Shown piece after piece: positions 1 through 12,000 of a stretch of 64,000 bases of DNA (positions are counted from its first letter, which is position 1; every line of letters starts with the position of its first letter). The notes under the pieces are model-generated. The model was not told where the DNA came from, did not search any database, and was given only the letters and a program-made list of their open reading frames with translations. The DNA comes from Eledone cirrhosa (taxonomy: Eukaryota). Location of the stretch: assembly GCA_964016885.1 (NCBI GenBank), contig OZ024763.1, forward strand, positions 930,001-994,000, read 5' to 3'. The translations under genes and the position numbers were made by a program.

Positions 1-275
1 GTAAATGTTATGTGAGGTAAAGCCTTTACTGTGAAAATACAATAGTATATATAGAGTAATGTAAATGTTATGTGAGATATTATGTGAGGTAAAGCCTTTA
101 CTGTGAAAATACAATAGTATATATAGAGTAATGTAAATGTTATGTGAGGTAAAGCCTTTACTGTGAAAATACAATAGTATATATAGAGTAATGTAAATGT
201 TATGTGAGATATTATGTGAGGTAAAGCCTTTACCACTAAAATACAATAGTATATATAGAGTAATGTAAATGTTAT

Positions 276-2472
276 AATAATAATAATAATGAAATTATTG
301 TGTAAAGTGCTCAGGTGCACTACAACTCGTCAATATAGTACATAGAATAATACACAAATGCCAGGGAAGTACATGTTTGTATGTGTTAGCTGTAGTGTTG
401 GCGGATCTCGGGAAGCATGGAGGCCTTAAAGGATGCAGCGTCTCGACAGCTAACAACTGATGCAGGTAGTTTGTTCCATGCTTCAGCAACTCTGAGCGTG
501 AAAAAATGTTTCCGAAAGTCATGGGAACTGTGCTGTTTTCTTACTTTGTGGGCATGTCCACGTGTGTTAGACACATGGAAATCGAAAAGGCACTCAGGGT
601 TGTTGTTGGCAACATGGTTAACAATTTTGTGGGTGTTTACCAAGTCAGTTGCCAGGCGTCGGAGCTTCAATGAATCCATGCCCAGGGAAGCAAGGCGATC
701 AGAGTATGGTAGATGCCTGATGGAGGGTATTCGCTTGGTTGCACGTCTCTGAACAGTTTCCAGGCGGTCAATGTCCTGAGCAAGATAGGGGTTCCAGACT
801 GGTGATGCAAATTCTAAGTGTGGTCGCACCATAGCTGTATACAGCCTTAAATAGGTCTTGCTGAGTGATGCTAAGACACCCTCGGCCCTCTTGACAATTT
901 TAGAGACGTGCCTCGTCCAACGCAAATCGCTGCTGACCGTAATGCCCAGGTCACGTTCACAGGAAGACTTCTTGATATTAGTGCTGTGGAGGGAATATGT
1001 GGACGCTGGGTTTTTACTCCCAAAATGCATGGTGGTGCACTTGTCCACAGCCAGCTTGAGTTGCCAGTCTGTGATCCATTGTTGCATTGTGTCCAGGTCA
1101 GACTGCAAGCAAGATCTATAGTGTTCAGGATCTGTCCTTTTTATCTCAAGGTACAGCTTGATGTCGTCTGCGTACTTTAGTACTGTGGCATTCCTTAAGT
1201 TGGCATCTATGTCATTAATATATGCCACAAACAAAAGGGGGCCAAGAACAGATCCCTGAGGTACACCAGATGACATCTCATATGGTGAGGAATGCTGTCC
1301 CAGAACCGTGACTACCTCTCTTCGACTGAGAATGAAGGACTTCAACCAGTTAAAAAGATCATCCTTCACACCCATTGCAGAGAGTTTTGCCATAAGCCTT
1401 TTGTGCGGCACAGAATTGAAGGCCTTCGCAAAGTCAAGGTAAACAACATCCACCCATGAGCCGCCATCAGTGATCCGGGTGATGTCCTCAAGAAACTCTA
1501 TAAGTTGATCACAGCAGCTGGAGTTGGGGATAAATCCAAATTGCGAAGGCCGGATAAGACTGTGAGAGCTCCAGAAGTTCCAAAGTGTTTCTCTGACACA
1601 GGATTCCATCAGTTTGGCGATGCAACTAGTAAGACTGACTGGACGATAGTTCACAGGTGATGTGCGGTCACCCTTTTTGAACAGAGGAATTACACTGGCA
1701 GTTTTCCACTGTTCTGGAGTAGCACTGTTGTTCAGACAGAATTGGAAGAAGCGTGATAACTGGCGTAGAAGGAAGTACCCACCACGTTTAAGAAGCAGGT
1801 ACGTAACACCATCAAGACCAGGAGAGGCATGGTTGCGTTTATTTTTTAGGTGACGTCGCAGCATTGCAGGTGTAAATTCCATGGTTGTAATAGAGTCCGG
1901 TGTCATAGGTGGTGGAGATGGTACACTCTGGTCTTCAATGGTGAAAATGCCTGCATAGCATTCAGCAATGAGCTCTGCGCATTCCTTGGGGTCGTCAGTA
2001 ACCTGGCTTGTGTGGGGATTGCGAAGAGGACCAACTGGAGAGTGAGGCCTCTGCTTTGAGTGAACATACTTCCAGAACACCTTACTGTCAGGGCTGGTTG
2101 CTATGCGCTGCTCAAATTGAAGCACTGCCTTTTTTGTCACCTGTTTGAGGTGGTTGGACGATCTATTTCGCCTCTTCCTATTAATGTCTGATTTGTGAAG
2201 TTTGTACTCACGTTCAGCATTGCGCCGTTCTTTTCTGGCAAGACGGACTGCTGCAGTCTCCCAAATTGCGCTTTTAGGATGTTTTTTCCGCTTACGTGGC
2301 ACCGATGCTGCACATGCTGTCCATATTGAGCTCAGGATGTTCTGGAGTACAGTGTTGACATCTCCAGAGTCATAGAACTCAAGCCAGTTTGGCCGTTGCA
2401 ACTCGGTGCAGTAACAGTTCCAGTCTGCTCTATTCCAGTCAAAGTGAGCAGTTTGGAGATTGTTGTGGTTCT
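276..2472 (-). mobile_element. 5'-truncated CR1-clade non-LTR retrotransposon (LINE) inserted into a satellite array
   Basis: Uninterrupted ORF2 remnant 386-2472 with RT motifs NYRPVSLTS, QFGF, YLDFAKAF, SGVPQGSVLGPLLF, YADD and ERDLG, and a CR1-type C-terminus (TRGH..RKHFFTLRVAEAWNKLP). Short 3'UTR ends in (TAT)n; candidate TSD tgttat at 270-275 and 2473-2478. Confidence 0.9.
386..2472 (-). pseudogene. reverse transcriptase (ORF2) of the CR1-type LINE, lacking the N-terminal endonuclease
   Basis: ORF track 386..2521; the first ~16 codons are satellite-derived, not LINE. Confidence 0.85.
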
Positions 2473-2910
2473 TGTTATGTGAGATATTATGTGAGGTAAA
2501 GCCTTTACCACTAAAATACAATAGTATATATAGAGTAATTTAAATGTTATGTGAGGTAAAGCCTTTACCACTAAAATACAATAGTATATATAGAGTAATG
2601 TAAATGTTATGTGAGATATTATGTGAGGTAAAGCCTTTACCACGAAAATACAATAGTATATATATAGTAATGTAAATGTTATGTGAGATAGTATGTGAGG
2701 TAAAGCCTTTACCACTAAAATACAAAAGTATATATAGAGTAATGTAAATGGTAAAGGGTTAAAATGAAACTGCCAGAAGCCACCCCTCATATTACCTAGA
2801 TTAGGGTGTAGCGTCTACAGCTCCCTGATTCCTTTCCCTTATTTTTTATTATTTAACCCATTTTTTTTTATCAAAGCTCACTCCCGTCCCTGTTTTTCTG
2901 TTGTCTTTAG

Positions 2911-3030
2911 GTTTTGATTCCAGTGTTTGCTTTAGGAAGGGCCCAAGAACTGTGTATTTTACTTGAGACGTACTGGGACCGAATGAACCTTAAAGCACCC
3001 ATATATTTCTCCCTCGGACTCACTGAGAAG
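2911..3030 (+). CDS. INTS11: INTS11 exon ([14 protein letters not shown]...GLTEK)
   Basis: tttag| ... |gttagt, 120 nt, phase 0-0. Confidence 0.93.
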
Positions 3031-5351
3031 GTTAGTAACAACTGCTTCTACTCCACTGATCATTCTTTAACCCTTTAGCATTTAAACGTGCCATATCTGG
3101 CTAGAATTCTCTCACCTCTTTCTGTTGTAACGTTAAACTATTGTTCGTAATATAATTAACATTTATGTGTTGTAGGTAAATGTGTAGTATGTATGTATAT
3201 TAAGATATTTACAATATATGTGTAGTATATATGTGTGATAACACGTTTACAATGTATGTGTTGTAGGTATGTATGTGTGTTGTTAGTAATTGTGTTAACA
3301 CATTTACAATATATGTGTTGTAGGTAAATGTGTAGTATGTATGTATATTAAGATATTTACTATATATGTGTGATAACACGTTTACAATGTATGTGTTGTA
3401 GGTATGTATGTGTGTTGTTAGTAATTGTGTTAACACATTTACAATATATGTGTTGTAGGTAAATGTGTAGTATGTATGTATATTAAGATATTTACTATAT
3501 ATGTGTGATAACACATTTACAATGTATGTGTTGGAGGTATGTATGTGTGTTAGTAATTGTGTTAACACATTTACAATATATGTGTTGTAGGTAAATGTGT
3601 ACTAGATATATGTGTTAATATATTCACAATATTTGTGGTGTAAGTAAATGTGTAGTAGATATATGTATTAACATATTTACAATATATGTGTTGTAGATAT
3701 GCGTGTTAACACATTTACAATATGTGTTGTAGGTAAATGTGTACTAGATATATGTGTTAATATATTCACAATATTTGTGGTGTAAGTAAATGTGTAGTAG
3801 ATATATGTATTAACATATTTACAATATATGTGTTGTAGGTAAATGTGTTGTAGATATGCGTGTTAACACATTTACAATATGTGTTGTTAGTAATTGTGTT
3901 AACACATTTACAATATGTGTTGTTAGTAATTGTGTTAACACATTTACAATATGTGTTGTTAGTAATTCTGTTAACACATTTACAATATGTGTTGTTAGTA
4001 ATTGTGTTAACACATTTACAATATGTGTTGTTAGTAATTCTGTTAACACATTTACAATATATGTTGTTAGTAATTCTGTTAACACATTTACAATATATGT
4101 TGTTAGTAATTCTGTTAACACATTTACAATATATGTTGTTAGTAATTCTGTTAACACATTTACAATATATGTGTGTTGTAGATAAATGTGTACTAGATAT
4201 ATGTGTTAACATATTCACAATATTTTTGGTGCAAAGTAAATGTGTAGTAGATATATGTATTAACATATTTACAATATATGTGTTGTAGATATGCGTGTTA
4301 ACACATTTACAATATATGTTGTAGGCCAACCATTATTACAAACTATTTATCACATGGACCAGTCAAAAGATCAAGAAAACCTTTGTACAACGGAACATGT
4401 TTGAATTTAAACACATCAAGGTAATGTTGTCTCTTTACCTGTTCTGGCTGGCAGGCTGAAGCCATCATCTCATTCCATCTCTCTTCACAACATCACTGGT
4501 TCTATTCCTCTCTCACCCAGCCACTTTCACCCTCTCTCAACACATGACCCAACCATCTCATTCTATTCCTCTCCCACCCAGCCACTTTCACCCTCTCTCA
4601 ACACATGACCCAACCATCTCATTCTATTCCTCTCTCACCCTCTCTCAACACATGACCCAACCATCTCATTCTATTCCTCTCCCACCCAGCCACTTTCACC
4701 CTCTCTCAACACATGACCCAACCATCTCATTCTATTCCTCTCTCACCCAGCCACTTTCACCCTCTCTCAACACATGACCCAACCATCTCATTCTATTCCT
4801 CTCCCACCCAGCCACTTTCACCCTCCCTCAACACATGACTCATTCCATCTCTGTTCACAACACTCCCTCTAATATTTTTATCTTGTTGTACGTTTCAGCC
4901 ATTTGATCGAGCCTTTATTGATAATCCCGGACCTATGGTGGTGTTTGCTACCCCAGGGATGTTACATGCTGGCCTCTCACTGCAGATCTTCCGCAAGTGG
5001 GCATCAAATGAAAACAACATGGTAAGCTATCTCCTCGTTTTTCTTGTTCTCATTCTAGACCTGTGCTCTCATAATTTTATGTCCGAACCTTTGTTAAGTT
5101 ATGTTCCAAACACCAAGTTAATAATGAGAAAGTTGAGTCTATTACTAAATCCTTGCAAATTCTTGATTATTTTCAAAATGATTTGAAAATCATGGTCAGG
5201 GTATTTCATTAGAAATATGGTCACAAAAGTTATGTTCCAAGCTTATATTGCTAAATCCTAAATTGTTGATTATTTTTTAAATAATTTTCAAATCATAAGC
5301 AATGTCTTCTTTCATTTGAAATTTGGTAATGAAAGAGTTAAACGAAGAAAG

Positions 5352-5401
<50 letters not shown>

Positions 5402-6047
5402 ATTAAGTGTAATGAATTCTTTTACAATGGAATTAGCTCGAAGAAAGAAATATTTCTGAGCCGTGTATAAACTAATATATATGATGAAACACAAATACCA
5501 ACACATCTGTATTTATATTGCAAAAGAAAATTTAGCCAGAATGAAGTATACTAATTATTATACTACAGTTTGTCCATATCGATTTAAAATAATAAATCAA
5601 CAAAGACGAACTGCATTGCCAAATGGCTATGATGTTTAGACACATTTAAATTTCAAAATCAAACCTGTTCCGTAGATAAGTTTAAACTTTAAAATCCAAA
5701 TATGTTTCGAGATGAATAAGTGTAGGAAGATCATGTCCTGCTCTCCTCAGTAAACATCCAGGGACAAATTGATATGCTTCACTTCTAAACAATTTAAAAG
5801 ACTGTGTAACGCACATGGTTTACAGTTTCTAGCTAGCCTCATAACCGTACTGCTAGAAATAACAGTCGTATATATGAGGCTACGTTCAGCTCAGCCTAGG
5901 AGCAGTTATATTATTATAGCCATTTGGCAATGCAGTTCGTCTTTGTTGATTTATTATTTTAAATCGATATGGTCAAACTGTAGTATAATAATTAGTATAC
6001 TTCATTCTGGCTAAATTTTCTTTTGCAATATAAATACAGATGTGTTT

Positions 6048-6090
<43 letters not shown>

Positions 6091-9000
6091 AGGTGGCTGA
6101 TATTAGGAAGGGCATCCAGCCATAGAAACCAAGTCAGAATACAAGATATGGTCCCCTGACCTGACTTGTCTCATAACATAACAACCTGTCAAACCCATGT
6201 TAAACAATGATGTTGATGATGATGTCTGTTTTCAGCTTATCATGCCTGGCTACTGTGTTGCTGGAACTGTGGGACATAAAGTCCTGAGTGGAGTCAAACG
6301 ACTGGAGTTTGAAAAACAAGTGGTAAGTAACATTCTTTTAGTCTTTTACTGGTTTCAGTCATTAGACTGTGGCCATGCTGGGGCACCACCAGACATTAGA
6401 CTGTGTCCATGCTAGGGTACTACCAGTCATTAGACTGTGGCCATGCTGGGGTACCATCTTGATTTACTAAATCATATCAACTCCAGTACTTACTTTTTTT
6501 CAAGTCTGGTATATATCTGGTTTACAATAGGTTCACTGTATCCCTGTGTGTACCTAGTTTACAATAGGTACACCATATCCCTGTGTGTATCTGGTTTACA
6601 ATAGGTACACTGTATCCCTGTGTGTACCTAGTTTACAATAGGTACACCATATCCCTGTGTGTATGTGGTTTACAATAGGTACACCATATCCCTGTGTGTA
6701 TCTGGTTTACAATAGGTACACTGTATCCCTGTGTGTATCTGGTTTACAATAGGTACAACATATTCCTGTGTGTATCTGGTTTACAATAGGTACACCGTAT
6801 CCCTGTGTGTATCTGGTTTACAATAGGTACACTGTATGCATCTGGTTTACAATAGGTACACCATATCCCTGTGTGTATCTGGTTTACAATAGGTACACCA
6901 TATCCCTGTGTGTATCTGGTTTACAATAGGTACACTGTATCCCTGTGTGTATCTGGTTTACAATAGATATACTGTATCCTTGTGTGTATCTGGTTTACAA
7001 TAGGTACACCGTATCCCTGTGTGTATCTGGTTTACAATAGATATACTGTATCCTTATGTATACCTGGTTTACAATAGGTACACTGTATCCCTGTGTTTTA
7101 GGTAGTGACTGAAAGAGTTAACACAAGGAAGGACATCTGACTATAAAACATTGTCTCAGAAAGGAACCCATGATGATTATGAAGTCTATCATGGGGTCTA
7201 CAAGGATTCCCTTACTAAATCCAACCACTTTACAGAGTGTACTAGGTGCATTTTATCCTGGCACCAACACTGGGGACGTTGTCAGATCCGAGACACAACT
7301 GAAAATCTTCTCAACCCTTTACTTAGCATAGTTTCTACAGCAGGATGCCCTTCCTAACACCAAACACTAAAAGGTTTAATATTGTTTTATTTTCTTTTTC
7401 TCACTACTACTACCACTACGTTTGGTCTTAAGCTTGAAGTGAAACTGCAGGTGAGATACATGTCTTTCAGTGCACATGCTGATGCCAAAGGAATAATGCA
7501 GCTGGTGTCACAGTGTGAACCACGCAACGTGATGTTAGTACACGGGGAGGCAGCCAAAATGGACTTCCTTAAACAGAAAATACAGCAAGAATTTGGTAAG
7601 TTGAAACTAAAATATTTTAACCTTTTGATACTGGACGGACTGAAACCATCCTTGGTTCTATAATACTGACAGATTGTTGTGGAAATTTACAGTATTAGAG
7701 TAAAGACTTTAACCCTTTAGCATTTAAACCGGCCGTATCTGGCCAGAACACTCACCTCTTTCTGTTCAAACCGGCCGTAACCAACCGCTCATACTGATGT
7801 TAAGGTATTGTTCTCAAAATAAATAACATAAAAATCTCGTGGATTTGATATTATGTGAGATAAAGCCTTTACCGTGAAAATACAATAGTATATATAGAGT
7901 AATGTAAATGTTATGTGAGATATTATGTGAGGTAAAGCCTTTACTGTGAAAATACAATAGTATATATAGAGTAATGTAAATGTTATGTGAGATATTATAT
8001 TATGTGAGGTAAAGCCTTTACTGTGAAAATACAATAGTATATATAGAGTAATGTAAATGTTATGTGAGATATTATGTGAGGTAAAGCCTTTACTGTGAAA
8101 ATACAATAGTATATATAGAGTAATGTAAATGTTATGTGAGATATTATGTAAGGTAAAGACTTTACTGTGAATATACAATAGTATATATAGAGTAATGTAA
8201 ATGTTATGTGAGGTAAAGCCTTTACTGTGAAAACACAATAGTATATATAGAGTAATGTAAATGTTATGTGAGATATTATGTGAGGTAAAGCCTTTACTGT
8301 GAAAATACAATAGTATATATAGAGTAATGTAAATGTTATGTGAGATATTATGTGAGGTAAAGCCTTTACTGTGAAAATACAATAGTATATATAGAGTAAT
8401 GTAAATGTTATGTGAGATATTATGTAAGGTAAAGACTTTACTGTGAATATACAATAGTATATATAGAGTAATGTAAATGTTATGTGAGGTAAAGCCTTTA
8501 CTGTGAAAACACAATAGTATATATAGAGTAATGTAAATGTTATGTGAGATATTATGTGAGGTAAAGCCTTTACTTTGAAAATACAATAGTATATATAGAG
8601 TAATGTAAATGTTATGTGAGATATTATGTGAGGTAAAGCCTTTACTGTGAAAATACAATAGTATATATAGAGTAATGTAAATGTTATGTGAGATATTATG
8701 TAAGGTAAAGACTTTACTGTGAATATACAATAGTATATATAGAGTAATGTAAATGTTATGTGAGGTAAAGCCTTTACTGTGAAAACACAATAGTATATAT
8801 AGAGTAATGTAAATGTTATGTGAGATATTATGTGAGGTAAAGCCTTTACTGTGAAAACACAATAGTATATATAGAGTAATGTAAATGTTATGTGAGATAT
8901 TATGTGAGGTAAAGCCTTTACTGTGAAAATACAATAGTATATATAGAGTAATGTAAATGTTATGTGAGATATTATGTGAGGTAAAGCCTTTACTGTGAAA

Positions 9001-12000
9001 ATACAATAGTATATATAGAGTAATGTAAATGTTATGTGAGATATTATGTAAGGTAAAGACTTTACTGTGAATATACAATAGTATATATAGAGTAATGTAA
9101 ATGTTATGTGAGGTAAAGCCTTTACTGTGAAAACACAATAGTATATATAGAGTAATGTAAATGTTATGTGAGATATTATGTAAGGTAAAGACTTTACTGT
9201 GAATATACAATAGTATATATAGAGTAATGTAAATGTTATGTGAGGTAAAGCCTTTACTGTGAAAACACAATAGTATATATAGAGTAATGTAAATGTTATG
9301 TGAGATATTATGTGAGGTAAAGCCTTTACTGTGAAAATACAATAGTATATATAGAGTAATGTAAATGTTATGTGAGATATTATGTGAGGTAAAGCCTTTA
9401 CTGTGAAAATACAATAGTATATATAGAGTAATGTAAATGTTATGTGAGATATTATGTGAGGTAAAGCCTTTACTGTGAAAATACAATAGTATATATAGAG
9501 TAATGTAAATGATAAAGGGTTTATATTCAATGTAATGCAGTTATAGTGATGTTTTCTACTTTTCAAGAATAATTTGTTAATGTGGTTTCATGCAGTACAG
9601 GACTTTGTGTTGTTATTTTTACTAAATTCGTCTAAATTTGTCTCTCCTTGTTTCTCTCTTTCAGGAATTGACTGCCACAAACCAGCAAATGGGGAGACAG
9701 TCGTGATACGTACAATACATAATGTTCCATTAGACATTTCAGTAAATCTCTTGAAACGAGAAGCTTCTTTGTCAGGTTTGTATTATTTTGTTTCATTCAT
9801 TGATATGTGTATATCATCATCACCATTTTACGTCCGTTCTTCCACGCTAGCATGGGTTAGACGGGTTGTCCTGTTGTGGGCAGTGTCTGGTCGGCTGACC
9901 ATGCCTTGCTCATACAGGAACTGATCTGGCTTGATTTCTACAGCTGGATGCCCTTCCTAATACCAACCTCATTTACAGTGAGTGCTGGGTGTTTTTTCCT
10001 GGCCCCTACACGTCCACTTTACAGTGTGGGCTGGGTGCTTTTTTGCCGTGGCACCTCCACGACCACCTTGCGGTGGTCCACTTTACAGTGTGGGCTGGGT
10101 GCTTTTTTGCCGTGGCACCTCCACGACCACCTTGCGGTGGGGGGTGTGGGGGCATATTGTTTATATGCTTCAGCATGTACCCATGGGAGGTCGGGTACTC
10201 TGTATTACTGCGTGACGCCAGAAGTCACGGTCGTGTGTCATTGTCTTTGAGAGGTGTAATTGGGTAAGGTCGGCTTTTATCACCTCATCCCAGGTCATCT
10301 TGGGTCTCCCCACTCCGCGGTTTCCATCAACTTCCATCTATATATATATATGATACAGATGGATGAATGGACCAGGGCAAAATGGAGAGAAGAGTAAAGA
10401 AAATAGCATTTGTACATTACATTTCGCAGAGCATGCGAGCAGCCTAGCCAGGAATAAGGGATTGACGAATTCTGAGTTTCGTACTCGCAACAGGTTTATT
10501 TTATATTTGGAGAGAGAGGAAGGGATTGAGAGAGAACCACAGGCGCGTATACAATATATAGGGGGGGGGGGTGAAGAATAGGAGGGAGCAGAGGTTATTT
10601 TATAAAATCCTAGAATTTCGGTCATAATTAAACGAACGAGAATGGGGTAGTTAGCGAGAAGGTTTAGATAAAATCCTCGAATTTTGGGGATAATTGAACA
10701 AGCATATACACTGGGATAATTGCTGGCCTTATGCCAAAAGTAGAAACAATTATTATTTTTGCTTGTTTTATATTGTACCAAGTGTCTTATTTCTCATACG
10801 CTAGGTCTGTCTGTTCCTGACCCCAAACGGTTACGGATTCTAAATGGAGCCCTTGTCATCAAAGCAAATGTAAATAAATTTTCTAATTTCTGTTTGTTTT
10901 CTTTTGTTCTCCCCAAGTAAGGCAATAAAGCCACTAAAATATTAGGGGTTACTGAGATGGGAGAAGGATGAGACAGACACAGGGGCCCCCTGTGTCTAAC
11001 TTTACTCTCCATCAGTACCAGCACCCACAATACCATGTAATTTCCCCATGTTTTTCTATCTCCACATGACAGAAGAGCCAACTTGTTGACCCAGCACAGG
11101 CCATGCGTGACCTGGGACTTAAACAACATCAACTTCGATTCACATCCACCATTTCCCTGGACGATGATGGAGCCGTCTCGGACACGGCTGACAAACTTTA
11201 CCAAAAAATCAAAACGTAAGTTTTACATATATATATAATTTCTACTTTACGGACAAGGCCAGTAATTTGGGGAGAGGGGAAAGTCGATTAAATCGACCCA
11301 GTATGTTACTGGTACTTTATTTTATCGACCCCGTAAGGATGAGATAAAGTCGACTGTAAAGGGCCGTAACTATGCTGCAAAGCATGGCGTCCAACCCTCT
11401 ACTGTCAAGCCACCATCTTAATAATAATGGTTTCTACTATAGGCACAAGGCCAGCAATTACCTCAGTACATTACTGGTACTTTATTTTATCGACTCCGTA
11501 AGGAGGAAGGGCAAAGTTAACCTCGGCTGGATTAGAAACTCAGATCGTATAGGGCTGTAACTCTATGCTGCTAAGCATGGTGATTGATGCTCAGCCAATC
11601 CACCACCCTAGTTTTACATTTATATAATTACATAAATGGAGAAAGAATAACCAAGTTATATTTAACCATTTACCATTTACATTACTCTTTCACGTCTTTG
11701 ACGCTATATATACTATTGTATTTTCACAAAGGCTTTACCTCACATAACATTTACATTACTCTATATATACTATTGTTTTCACAGTAAAGGCTTTACCTCA
11801 CATAATATTTACATTACTCTATATATACTATTGTTTTCACAGTAAAGGCTTTACCTCACAATATCTCACATAACATTACTCTATATATACTATTGTATTT
11901 TCACAAAGGCTTTACCTCACATAACATTTACATTACTCTATATATACTATTGTTTTCACAGTAAAGGCTTTACCTCACATAACATTTACATTACTCTATA

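Larger units (their letters stand above)
1..2758. mobile_element. TTAA element family A (satellite-bearing), left end outside window, interrupted by the CR1 LINE
   Basis: 60/72-bp units at 1-275 and 2473-2750; terminus TAAATGGTAAAGGG|TTAA at 2745-2762. Confidence 0.85.

Noticed and set aside
2473-2521. N-terminus of the 711-aa RT ORF
   Set aside because: Satellite sequence with a TTG pseudo-start; the LINE is 5'-truncated, so this is not an autonomous element or a bacterial-type RT system.
7850-9510. Regularly spaced repeats resembling a CRISPR array
   Set aside because: No unique spacers, no cas genes, eukaryotic intron context; these are head-to-tail tandem repeats.
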